NCBI GenBank assembly: GCA_965199135.1
Contig: OZ240685.1
Coordinates: forward strand, 570,528 to 634,527
Direction of reading: 5' to 3'
DNA from: Acidobacteriaceae bacterium
GTDB lineage: Bacteria; Acidobacteriota; Terriglobia; Terriglobales; Acidobacteriaceae
Length of the DNA: 64,000 nt
The position numbers were made by a program, and so were the translations under genes. Of the stretch, positions 9,502 through 17,303 are shown one piece after another (the stretch's first letter is position 1; each line of letters begins with the position of its first letter). The notes beneath the pieces are model-generated. The model was not told the origin of the DNA. It saw nothing but the letters and a program-made list of their open reading frames with translations, and ran no database searches.

Positions 9502-10035
9502 TTAAAGGCGCGCGATCAGAGTGCAGAGACACCCCGAAGCGATGGCCACGCCATACGGCAAACGAAGTGTCCCCGCGGTGGTTACATTCAGCTCCGGGTG
9601 GGGCACCAGGCCGGCGCTGCGGTGATGTGCAACGAGCATCTGCACATTTCCCATCATCTGCTGAAATCGGCCGCGTGTGACCGCAAGGGCCACAGCAAAT
9701 ATACCGCCGGTAACCGCTGTAGCGATCAGCATGACTGCGAGCGGACCGGTTCCTGTGAGACAGGCACAGGCCGTCATTAACTTCACATCGCCTGCGCCCA
9801 TGCCACCTGCAACAAAGAAGAGAAGAAAGAGTACAAACGCAATCAGTGCAGCTTCAGTTGCATTTGCAACGCCATGCCATCCATCGACGCCGAAGTGCAA
9901 GAGTATGCCCGCGAGAAATCCAGGACCAGTCAGCCAATTCGGCAGGCGCCGCGAACGCACGTCAATCAATGCTCCTATAACGGCTAGCAACAGTGCAGCG
10001 AAAGCATAAAGGTCAAAGCCTGGCAGAGGTCTCAT
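9502..10035 (-). CDS. tadV: A24-family prepilin peptidase TadV/CpaA
   Basis: 177 aa polytopic protein with the two catalytic Asp contexts, IDVRSRRLPN and GMGAGDVKLM. Confidence 0.85.
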   Translation of the reverse strand: MRPLPGFDLYAFAALLLAVIGALIDVRSRRLPNWLTGPGFLAGILLHFGVDGWHGVANATEAALIAFVLFLLFFVAGGMGAGDVKLMTACACLTGTGPLAVMLIATAVTGGIFAVALAVTRGRFQQMMGNVQMLVAHHRSAGLVPHPELNVTTAGTLRLPYGVAIASGCLCTLIARL

Positions 10036-10085
10036 CGCGGGTGACTTAGGAAGCTCTCAGTTCGCCGCCCACAGCGGCATAGTTG

Positions 10086-10118
10086 AAGGGCGCTTCCCTT
10101 TCAACGAGAAGCGCCCTT
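10086..10118 (-). terminator. perfect 11-bp stem hairpin between flp and tadV (possible intra-operon attenuator)
   Basis: aagggcgcttc (10086..10096) pairs with gaagcgccctt (10108..10118) around an 11-nt loop. It starts 22 nt downstream of the flp stop. No U-tract follows. Confidence 0.45.
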
Positions 10119-10139
10119 GCAGATGGAGGTAAGCAGAAG

Positions 10140-10328
10140 TTATGCGTTGGTCAGGTTGCCGGTGATCTGGTTGAAGACGGTGGTCAGCTTGCTACCGATA
10201 CCTGTCACCGCAACGATAGCGGCGACACCGATCAGACCGGCTACCAGCGCGTACTCAATAAGATCCTGACCCGACTCATCCTGCAGCAAGGTCTTAATCA
10301 TTTCTTTGTAGTGGTTCATATGAGTCAT
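10140..10328 (-). CDS. flp: Flp/Fap family pilin
   Basis: Contains DESGQDLIEYALVAGLIGVAAIV, the classic Flp G/XXXXEY processing motif plus a hydrophobic helix. GGAGG abuts the first ATG, so the ATG at 10319 (MNHYKEM, 59 aa) is the likelier start. Confidence 0.9.
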   Translation of the reverse strand: MTHMNHYKEMIKTLLQDESGQDLIEYALVAGLIGVAAIVAVTGIGSKLTTVFNQITGNLTNA

Positions 10329-10411
10329 CCTCCAGAAATTCGCCCTGCCTTCCGCCCGGATTCACTTCCGAGGACAGGTACGTTTGGTAGGACTGATACT
10401 AGCGGCTGGAT

Positions 10412-10424
10412 GGTACTTTGTACC
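10412..10424. repeat. inverted repeat GGTAC-N3-GTACC upstream of flp
   Basis: ggtactttgtacc read directly, about 85-95 bp upstream of the flp start in the 175-bp flp leader. Confidence 0.2.
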
Positions 10425-10503
10425 GGCGAATCACCGCATCGTGTATTACCTACGTAAGCGCAATGTACAAGTTACACTTAAAGAAGGGCTTAGGCGCCGC
10501 TTG

Positions 10504-12297
10504 CTATTGGAAGGTCCCAACCTTGAGGGCCGGCTGTGTCGCGGTTGGAGGCAGCGCTAAGTTGATGGCGGCGCTACCACTTAGACTTACCTGGTCGGTG
10601 ACGATATCACCGATGAGGAAGGAGCCGCTGCTGGTGCCTCCACTCAGGGTCAGCACGTCGGCGAAGCTTGTGGAGTGGAAATAGAGGGAGCCTGAGAAAG
10701 AGAGTTGGCCAGACCCCCCAAAGGTGGGCGACGAGGTGTTTGCGTGATCCTCGAAGAAGAGCAGCCCACGGACTCCTGGATTGCCTGCAGTGTCTGTCGT
10801 ATCACCACCTGCGTCATAATAGGTGCCGTTTGTTGTGCACTGCCCCCAAAGAACGTTGTTGGTCAGCGTGGCCGGCATGTTGAGCGACGCGATCGGCGCG
10901 GAACCATCGCACGTCAGAGCCTGCGATGGCAGAGCATCTATGGTGTCTCCACTAGCACCGCCTGACACATTAAAGGTGCCAGAGAGAAAATAAAACATGG
11001 CGCCCTTACCCTGCGCATAGAGAAGGTTGTTGGCCTTCGAAACGGGAGAGCACGCGCTCGCGGAGTAGCCGCCCGAGTAGCTGCTCCAGCACGGCATGGC
11101 CATGCGCATGGTATTGCTCCCCGAAGGGGAGAGCGAGCCGTTGAGGTAGTAGACGCCCGGCAGGAAAATGACAGTCGAGTAGCCGTTAGGAAACGGGATG
11201 CCATTTGGGTAATAACCGGGGCCAAACTCGGCACAGTTGGTCGCCACGCCCTGTCCTGCGTATGCCGAGCCGGTCTGATCCGGGCAGCCGTCGATTTTGT
11301 AGCCGACCCATTGATAGTATTGCCCACCGGAGTAGGTCACCGGCGTGAGGCTTTTCACGCTCGCGGGCACCTTCACCGCTGCAAAGGGATCCGAGATAGG
11401 CAGTACATTCGCCTTCCACTTACCCGTGGTTCCGGATTCGAATCCCACATAGCCGCCATTGTTCACGCAGCCGTTACTTCCCTCGGGCTCGTTCCCCACA
11501 ATGCCGATATCGGAGCCGGTACCATTCGGTCCACCCTTGCTCGTGTTGATCACGCCCGAGCCCGAGCACTGCACAGCGGCGGTGCTCGTGGAGTTGACTT
11601 GCAAACTGCGCTGCGGGCCACCGACAATGTTCAATGTCGCGCCGCCCGAGTAGGTAAAAGCATCCGGTCTTGGGTCCAGTACGATCATCGGCGCTGCTTC
11701 CTTCACAGACGCTAAGCCGCAGGTACACTTCGCGGTCACCCTGGAGTAGTGAAAGCCATTCACCAACTCGATTAGGTACGTCCGCACGCTCGCAGTGATG
11801 CTCACCTGCAGGTAGTTCGTCGTCGACATGGCTGAAGGTGGTGCAGTCACCCCGGTGACAGAAGATGGGAAAGTGTACGTGACCTGGTTCCATGCGCTCG
11901 TGTTTGCAACAGAGCTGCTCGCCGGTCCGGCGCTGCTGTATCCGTTGTAATTGGCGTATTGGCAGATGCTCGCGGTTGAGGTCGTGGTGCACGTGCCATT
12001 TGTTCCGGGAGTAAAGCCAGGCGGCGTGACGCCACCAGCGTACTGGAGCATGTCGAGCGCCCCCGCCTGGCATGCAGCGTCTGCCGCAGACTGCAGGGCC
12101 TGCCGATGGAACCAGAGGTTCGCAACATCCACTGCCAAGCCGGCAGACGCCATCACGCCGATGGCGAAGAACAGGATCAGCGGAATTGCTGCCTGGCCGG
12201 ACTCTCGATCTCTAGTAAACAATGATGCCCTCCGCAGTCGCAGCGAGTTTCCGAGAGAGCCCGGGATAGGTGACATACGGGACATACGTGTAGGCAA
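10504..12297 (-). CDS. tadG: TadG-like pilus-associated protein with a large Gly/Ser/Thr/Cys-rich extracellular region
   Basis: N-terminus RESGQAAIPLILFFAIGVMASAGLAVDVANLW resembles the TadG/Tad_N anchor. The longest ORF starts at TTG 12297. A TTG at 12222 preceded by GGAGGG (12228..12233) is the likelier start, giving 572 aa and cutting the overlap with the upstream gene to 11 nt. Confidence 0.7.
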   Translation of the reverse strand: MPTRMSRMSPIPGSLGNSLRLRRASLFTRDRESGQAAIPLILFFAIGVMASAGLAVDVANLWFHRQALQSAADAACQAGALDMLQYAGGVTPPGFTPGTNGTCTTTSTASICQYANYNGYSSAGPASSSVANTSAWNQVTYTFPSSVTGVTAPPSAMSTTNYLQVSITASVRTYLIELVNGFHYSRVTAKCTCGLASVKEAAPMIVLDPRPDAFTYSGGATLNIVGGPQRSLQVNSTSTAAVQCSGSGVINTSKGGPNGTGSDIGIVGNEPEGSNGCVNNGGYVGFESGTTGKWKANVLPISDPFAAVKVPASVKSLTPVTYSGGQYYQWVGYKIDGCPDQTGSAYAGQGVATNCAEFGPGYYPNGIPFPNGYSTVIFLPGVYYLNGSLSPSGSNTMRMAMPCWSSYSGGYSASACSPVSKANNLLYAQGKGAMFYFLSGTFNVSGGASGDTIDALPSQALTCDGSAPIASLNMPATLTNNVLWGQCTTNGTYYDAGGDTTDTAGNPGVRGLLFFEDHANTSSPTFGGSGQLSFSGSLYFHSTSFADVLTLSGGTSSGSFLIGDIVTDQVSLSGSAAINLALPPTATQPALKVGTFQ

Positions 12298-12697
12298 TCT
12301 TGATCAGCACGTGAGAGTTCGGCGTGCTTGCGCCGTCGGGCCAAGTGACACTGACGGTCATCGCAGAGACGTCGTGCAGCGAAATTACCGCCGCGCTTTT
12401 GACATAGCTGACAACATTGTTGCCATTCGGATCACCGCAGCCGGTACTCGGCCCGCTGCACGTTGTGCTGTCGGTGCCATGCAGCGAAGCATAGCGAACG
12501 CCGCGCCGCGCCGCATCCCCCAGTACGCTGTTGGTGTAAGTCATCATGCAGATCTCGAATGTGTACATCGACAGCGGTACCCCCACCAGGAGCACCAGCG
12601 CTGTCTCGATCAACGCTGAGCCGTCGCTCCTGCGAGTGAGACGCAGCAGGAGGGATCGCGCTCTGGCAAGCAGAGAAGACGATTCAGTCCTCTGCAC
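12212..12697 (-). CDS. tadE: TadE/TadF-like minor pilin (pseudopilin)
   Basis: 161 aa. RSDGSALIETALVLLVGVPL is a TadE-type N-terminus. GTG start overlaps the upstream gene by 14 nt. Confidence 0.7.
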   Translation of the reverse strand: MQRTESSSLLARARSLLLRLTRRSDGSALIETALVLLVGVPLSMYTFEICMMTYTNSVLGDAARRGVRYASLHGTDSTTCSGPSTGCGDPNGNNVVSYVKSAAVISLHDVSAMTVSVTWPDGASTPNSHVLIKIAYTYVPYVTYPGLSRKLAATAEGIIVY

Positions 12698-13307
12698 GCA
12701 TCACCACGAAGCGATGAAAGTTCAGCGACGGGATCAACGAAGTCCCGATCACCGAAATCGGGATCGGCGGCTGCACAGTGTAGGTCACGTCGACACGATT
12801 CAGGTAGAAGGTGGGTGCTTCCGGGTCTGCCTGCGTCGCTGTTGTGCTCGTCGTGGTGTACGGTGTTGAGCCGCCCACATAGCTGTAGCTTGCGCACTTG
12901 GTGTAATTTCCGGAGGTGCCTATCCCTTTAGAGCAGACCGAGATGGCGGTGACCGTGGTCGATTTCGTCAACCCACCCAGGTCCGCGAGCGCGAGGGCCG
13001 CTATCGTTCCAGCTGTGTTTGGTGAACCCGCGGCGGGCAAGGCGCTCTGCCCTACCGACTGGTAGCCCGCGATGGAAAACTGCGCTGCGGTACGCGCCGA
13101 GGACGTGAGGTTGGCCGACACGATGAAGAAGTATCCGTAATCCACGGCGTACACCATGATCATGACCAGCACAGCCATCAAGGCTGCTGCTTCAATCAAG
13201 CCCTGCCCGGACTCATCTGTAACCACCGCCGATACAGAGCCGCGGTCCCTCTCTGCTCCGAAAGCAAAAACAAGTTGGTCGAAGAAGAGGAAACGCCGCA
13301 TAGACAT
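12684..13307 (-). CDS. TadE/TadF-like minor pilin (pseudopilin)
   Basis: 207 aa. DESGQGLIEAAALMAVLVMIM is nearly identical in register to the Flp processing site. Confidence 0.7.
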   Translation of the reverse strand: MSMRRFLFFDQLVFAFGAERDRGSVSAVVTDESGQGLIEAAALMAVLVMIMVYAVDYGYFFIVSANLTSSARTAAQFSIAGYQSVGQSALPAAGSPNTAGTIAALALADLGGLTKSTTVTAISVCSKGIGTSGNYTKCASYSYVGGSTPYTTTSTTATQADPEAPTFYLNRVDVTYTVQPPIPISVIGTSLIPSLNFHRFVVMRAED

Positions 13308-13365
13308 GACTGGTGCTGCTTTCAGCCCCTCATCTTAACCCGGCAGTAATGGACGAAAAGCGTCA

Positions 13366-13431
13366 ACCTGGGACGCGGCCATTACGAAGGTGCAGTGGCC
13401 GCCGCAGGTGCGACGCTTTTTCACAGTAAGT
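13366..13431 (-). terminator. nested stem-loop downstream of the monooxygenase gene
   Basis: Outer arms aaaagcgtc (13366..13374) and gacgctttt (13422..13430) enclose an inner gcggcca/tggccgc stem. Short T runs flank it on either strand. Confidence 0.3.
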
Positions 13432-13449
13432 TGCTTTTGATCTAGGCGC

Positions 13450-14706
13450 TTAGTCGGTCGTCTGCTGCACGGCGTTCTTCCACGTAGGCGAAAAAGCGGG
13501 CTGCCGAACAGTGAAGCGAGCGCGCAGGTAGCGCGTCAGAGAACGAGCCGTAAACTTGGCTCCCACTGCAAAACGGCTGGCTGGCCCGAAGCTGTTGGCC
13601 GAGGCAAGACCGATCATGTGCAGCCCTGGGACCGTGGTCTCGAAGGCACGGTTGAGGATGGGCGTGTCCTCCGCGGTGCGGATACGCGACTGCAGGCCGG
13701 GAGAAAGAAACGGAAGCGACGGGATGGAGGGGCGATAGCCCGTCGCTGCGATGACATGGTCGGACGTGATCTGCCGCTCCTCTCCGCCAGCCTGGCGGAA
13801 GGTGGTCGTCACTCCATCGACGCCGATCGCGACACTTGTCAGCTGCGCGCTCAGGTGCAAGGGAATACGATCCTCGATCTTCTCGCGCATGAACCACGCA
13901 GGGACCGGCCCGAGATGGCGTCGCACGATGCGGTGCCGAAGCTGCTGCGGCAGCGCGTGGAACAGAAGAGGCAACTTGGTGCAAAACACGTACTTCCATC
14001 CAAGCCCCAGGCCCGAGCGAGGATTGAGGATCTGCTGACGGAGCGGACGCGGCTCGAGTTCCGGCGTGTAGAAGGCGAGCTTTGGGCGACGGCCCAGTAG
14101 CTGCACCTGCGCGCCCTCGTCGGCGAGTGCCGCGGCGAGGTCGATCGCGGAGGCACCCGCTCCCACCACCAGCACCTTCTTTCCGCGGAATTTACGGACG
14201 TCGCCGTACTCCGAGCTGTGAGTCACAGCCGAAGACGGCAGCCCGCGAAGCAGCGCGGGCGTGTAGCTGAAATGCGTGATCCCGACCGCAAGCACCACCC
14301 GCTTGGCAGCGAGGGTTTCTCCATCACTCGTGCAGAGGACAAATCCGCTTCCTGCCTGGCGAATGGACGTAACGTTTACCTGCTCGAGATGCGGCACGAG
14401 ACGCTGCTGGAAATCGAGCCCGTAACGCACAAATGTCTCGAGCGGAATCGGCAGCCCGGAGTGCTGGTACGGCAGCCCGTGCTCCTCGCAATACTTCTCA
14501 AGCGTCCACGTGTCTTCGGGGTCGTAGAGGCTCGACGCAAAGCCGTCCGACTTGAGGCACATGCCGTGCGGCATGTTCTCCTGCCAGTTCTGCATCGGTC
14601 GGCCGAAGATACGGTGCCGCACGCCTGCTTTCCGCAGGTGAGCCGCAAGGGAGAGGCCATACGGGCCGGCGCCAACAATCACAACATCCAGTGAAGCAGT
14701 TTGCAT
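13450..14706 (-). CDS. FAD/NAD(P)-binding flavin-dependent monooxygenase-like oxidoreductase
   Basis: Two dinucleotide-binding motifs, VVIVGAGPYG at the N-terminus and VLVVGAGASAID mid-protein. ATG at 14706 (MQTASLDVV) places the GxGxxG at the N-terminus; the ORF is open to 14799. Confidence 0.75.
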   Translation of the reverse strand: MQTASLDVVIVGAGPYGLSLAAHLRKAGVRHRIFGRPMQNWQENMPHGMCLKSDGFASSLYDPEDTWTLEKYCEEHGLPYQHSGLPIPLETFVRYGLDFQQRLVPHLEQVNVTSIRQAGSGFVLCTSDGETLAAKRVVLAVGITHFSYTPALLRGLPSSAVTHSSEYGDVRKFRGKKVLVVGAGASAIDLAAALADEGAQVQLLGRRPKLAFYTPELEPRPLRQQILNPRSGLGLGWKYVFCTKLPLLFHALPQQLRHRIVRRHLGPVPAWFMREKIEDRIPLHLSAQLTSVAIGVDGVTTTFRQAGGEERQITSDHVIAATGYRPSIPSLPFLSPGLQSRIRTAEDTPILNRAFETTVPGLHMIGLASANSFGPASRFAVGAKFTARSLTRYLRARFTVRQPAFSPTWKNAVQQTTD

Positions 14707-14761
14707 AAGTCGCTCTTTCTTAACCATCGATAGGCAAATATTACCCGCCTTTGGGCAACGA

Positions 14762-14777
14762 TTACAGGTAACTGTAA
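14762..14777. repeat. palindrome TTACAG-gtaa-CTGTAA in the divergent promoter region
   Basis: Read directly, in the AT-richer 150-bp spacer between the monooxygenase (start 14706) and the ATP-grasp gene (start 14857). Confidence 0.25.
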
Positions 14778-14856
14778 CTAAAGACTTCACGGTAACCATT
14801 CCCTAATGAAATAGGATCACCGAGTCACAGAGTTCAAGTGGCAAGGACACGACACG

Positions 14857-16236
14857 ATGAAAATGACTGTTCTGATTGTATCGACTCAAAACTGGCTTCA
14901 ACCCGCCCGCTTGGCACTTCGTCTCGCAAAAAGTGCCGCAGATGTGCAAGCGATCTGTCCCGCTGGATCTCAGCTTTCGCGCGTCAATGTCGTAAGCACA
15001 ACCTACGCATTCCGCACCACGAATCCGCTGGGATCGCTTCATTCCGCCATTGAAAAAAGCGGAGCTACTTACCTCCTTCCTACTGACGATCGGGCCGTGT
15101 TCTTTTTACACTCCCTGGTGGACTTGTATCCTGAACATCTGGCGGTAGTTACCCGCTCACTCGGGCCAACGGGGAGTTTTGCCCTGGTACGGAGTCGGAC
15201 CGCTCTTTTGGCACTCGCCCAGAACCTGGGCATTGCAGTCCCCCCTACCCAATCCATCGCGAGCGAAGAAGAGGCACGTCAGTACGCTCTCACGTCTGCG
15301 GGCTCCTTCTTCCTCAAGAAAGATGGAACCTGGGGAGGTGGTGGTGTTCGCCACGTGTCCGATCAGCAGGAAGCGCTCGCCGGGTATCGCACGCTCACCG
15401 CAAAGATGTCACTCCGCGAACGGTGGAGGCTGCGCCTCCGCCACGGGGATCGCACAGCCTTCGCCTGCACCGCGAACGACGAAGAGATCAGCGCGCAGCG
15501 AACAGTACACGGTGTCGCCGCAAATGCCATGTTCGCCTGTCACCAGGGACGCATCGTTGGCTCTGTGCAGGTCCGAGTCGTCGGGAGCAGAGGCAGAACG
15601 GGGCCCGCACTCATGGTCGAGGTGATCAATGACGCGCGGATCGCAGCAGCAGGAGCGTTGCTGGCAGCCTCGCTGAAACTCGATGGCTTCTTCGGCCTCG
15701 ACTTCATCGTCGAAGAAGAAACCGGCATCCCGTATCTGATCGAGATGAACCCGCGCTCGACCCAGCTTGGCCATATTGCGGTGGCCGGCCAGCCGGACCT
15801 TGCCGGGGCACTCTGGTCTGCATGGAGCGGCGAGCCGGCTCCCCATTGTGGAGACAGCTCACTCGGCACGCGAATCTCGTTCTTCCCCCAGGCCTTGCAA
15901 TGGGCGGCAGACAGTCCCTTTGTGCAGCAGTCGCGTTTTGACGTTTGCCTGGAAGATCTGGCGGCAGTGAAGGAGCTCGCGGCAGCCCCACCCTCTCTCG
16001 CGACGCGCCTCGTCCGCGTCACGCGCCGTTCTGTGGCCGGGGCAGCCAACTCCCTCCGTTCCAAGCCGGCACCTGTCCCGGTTCGCGCGGTGCACTACTT
16101 CAGCGAGAAGGATGCGCGCGAGGCAGCAAACGCGATCCTGGCCCGGCAGAGACAGGAAGCCCTGGCTGCTTCGCTGCCTGTTCATCGAAACGAACTGGTG
16201 CAGCTGCGACTCTCCGCTCCCGCGCTCCCTGCCTGA
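14857..16236 (+). CDS. ATP-grasp domain protein with a C-terminal extension
   Basis: FFLKKDGTWGGGGVRHV and GFFGLDFIVEEETGIPYLIEMNPR match the ATP-grasp fold nucleotide/Mg-binding segments. Confidence 0.75.
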   Translation: MKMTVLIVSTQNWLQPARLALRLAKSAADVQAICPAGSQLSRVNVVSTTYAFRTTNPLGSLHSAIEKSGATYLLPTDDRAVFFLHSLVDLYPEHLAVVTRSLGPTGSFALVRSRTALLALAQNLGIAVPPTQSIASEEEARQYALTSAGSFFLKKDGTWGGGGVRHVSDQQEALAGYRTLTAKMSLRERWRLRLRHGDRTAFACTANDEEISAQRTVHGVAANAMFACHQGRIVGSVQVRVVGSRGRTGPALMVEVINDARIAAAGALLAASLKLDGFFGLDFIVEEETGIPYLIEMNPRSTQLGHIAVAGQPDLAGALWSAWSGEPAPHCGDSSLGTRISFFPQALQWAADSPFVQQSRFDVCLEDLAAVKELAAAPPSLATRLVRVTRRSVAGAANSLRSKPAPVPVRAVHYFSEKDAREAANAILARQRQEALAASLPVHRNELVQLRLSAPALPA

Positions 16237-16267
16237 GCCCCTGGCCCAGGTTTGTGGAAAGCAAAGC

Positions 16268-16301
16268 CCGTGCAGGCGCTCGCTCACTCGTACCTGCACG
16301 G
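16268..16301. terminator. 9-bp stem hairpin between convergent genes
   Basis: ccgtgcagg pairs with cctgcacgg around a 16-nt loop, between the ATP-grasp stop (16236) and the KirBac stop (16321). Confidence 0.3.
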
Positions 16302-16320
16302 TTGCACCAGCTCAACGCGT

Positions 16321-17301
16321 TTAGGGAGCGGGCTCCTCCGAGGGCAGAGTCTCGACGCAATCAAAGGCTTCCATGTCGATGGAGAGCAGGCCGCTGCGAG
16401 CATCGCGATGGTACATAGCCGCAAAGCGCCGATCCCAGAGCACCTCGGCCGACATGTAAGACACACGCGCATAGACCACCTTCGAGGACACCTCGTCGAT
16501 GCCATTGACCTGCAGGATGATCTCGCCTCGCAGTGCCGCGAAGCCCGCTTCGTCGAGGCCAAAGAAAGGGCTCGCCGGTGTGACGTGGTGCACAATCGTC
16601 CAGGCAAGCGGCAGGAAGGCGATACGACTGCGTTCCAGCTCCAGTGGCAGGTAACGACGCGCACCCTGCTGCACAGGATCAAATGAAGCGAAGACCGCAG
16701 AGGCTTCCACTTCAAGACATTCATTGCGGCTGAGGTTGGTCATTCGGACCAGCAGCGCTGGGTTTTTCCCCAGGCGCATCACCGAACGAACACTGAAGCG
16801 CAAACGCACTTTCGGCCGCGAGAAACGTGCGAACAGGAGCCCGGTGACGAGCGAGATGGCAGACAGCCCGGTGAAGGACTCGAGAACGACGAGCAGGTTT
16901 GCCCCCTCGCCCACGGGCACGACATTGCCGTAACCGATCGTCGCCAGCGTGTGCACGCTGAAGAAGAAGGCGCGCATGATCGAGGGGACCTGCGGATCCG
17001 GTCCATTGTCGACCAGGGCACGAGGGCCACAGAGCATATAGAGACAGGCGAACAGAATGTTGAGGAAGATAAAAAGGCAGACGACAAATAGAAGGAAGCC
17101 GCTCCTGCTTGTCTTCAGCAGGGCCGCATAGCTCCAGCGGTCCACGAAGCGACTGCGACCGCGCAGCACGTTGAAGGTGCCGTCTGGTGTGATCAGACGC
17201 TCCTGCTCGCCGAAGGCGTCGCCGAATCCGTAGTCGTGGCCTGAGCTCCGTTCGCGACCCTTTGTGTCGCTCTTTTGTTGGCCGCTATGTGGAACTTTCA
17301 T
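16321..17301 (-). CDS. prokaryotic inward-rectifier-type potassium channel (KirBac family)
   Basis: Two TM segments flank a pore helix with a TIGYG selectivity filter (FFFSVHTLATIGYGN), followed by a Kir-type cytoplasmic beta-rich domain. ATG lies 2 nt after the upstream stop. Confidence 0.9.
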   Translation of the reverse strand: MKVPHSGQQKSDTKGRERSSGHDYGFGDAFGEQERLITPDGTFNVLRGRSRFVDRWSYAALLKTSRSGFLLFVVCLFIFLNILFACLYMLCGPRALVDNGPDPQVPSIMRAFFFSVHTLATIGYGNVVPVGEGANLLVVLESFTGLSAISLVTGLLFARFSRPKVRLRFSVRSVMRLGKNPALLVRMTNLSRNECLEVEASAVFASFDPVQQGARRYLPLELERSRIAFLPLAWTIVHHVTPASPFFGLDEAGFAALRGEIILQVNGIDEVSSKVVYARVSYMSAEVLWDRRFAAMYHRDARSGLLSIDMEAFDCVETLPSEEPAP

Positions 17302-17303
17302 GC

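Noticed and set aside
10329-10503. Sigma-54 promoter upstream of flp
   Set aside because: No TGGCAC-N5-TTGC-type match is present. Only the GGTAC-N3-GTACC palindrome was noted, and it is listed as a low-confidence repeat.
14707-16320. ATP-grasp gene as a graspetide/RiPP maturase
   Set aside because: No short precursor-peptide ORF is visible in the flanking spacers (14707..14856 and 16237..16320), and there is no adjacent peptidase or transporter. The RiPP interpretation is unsupported.
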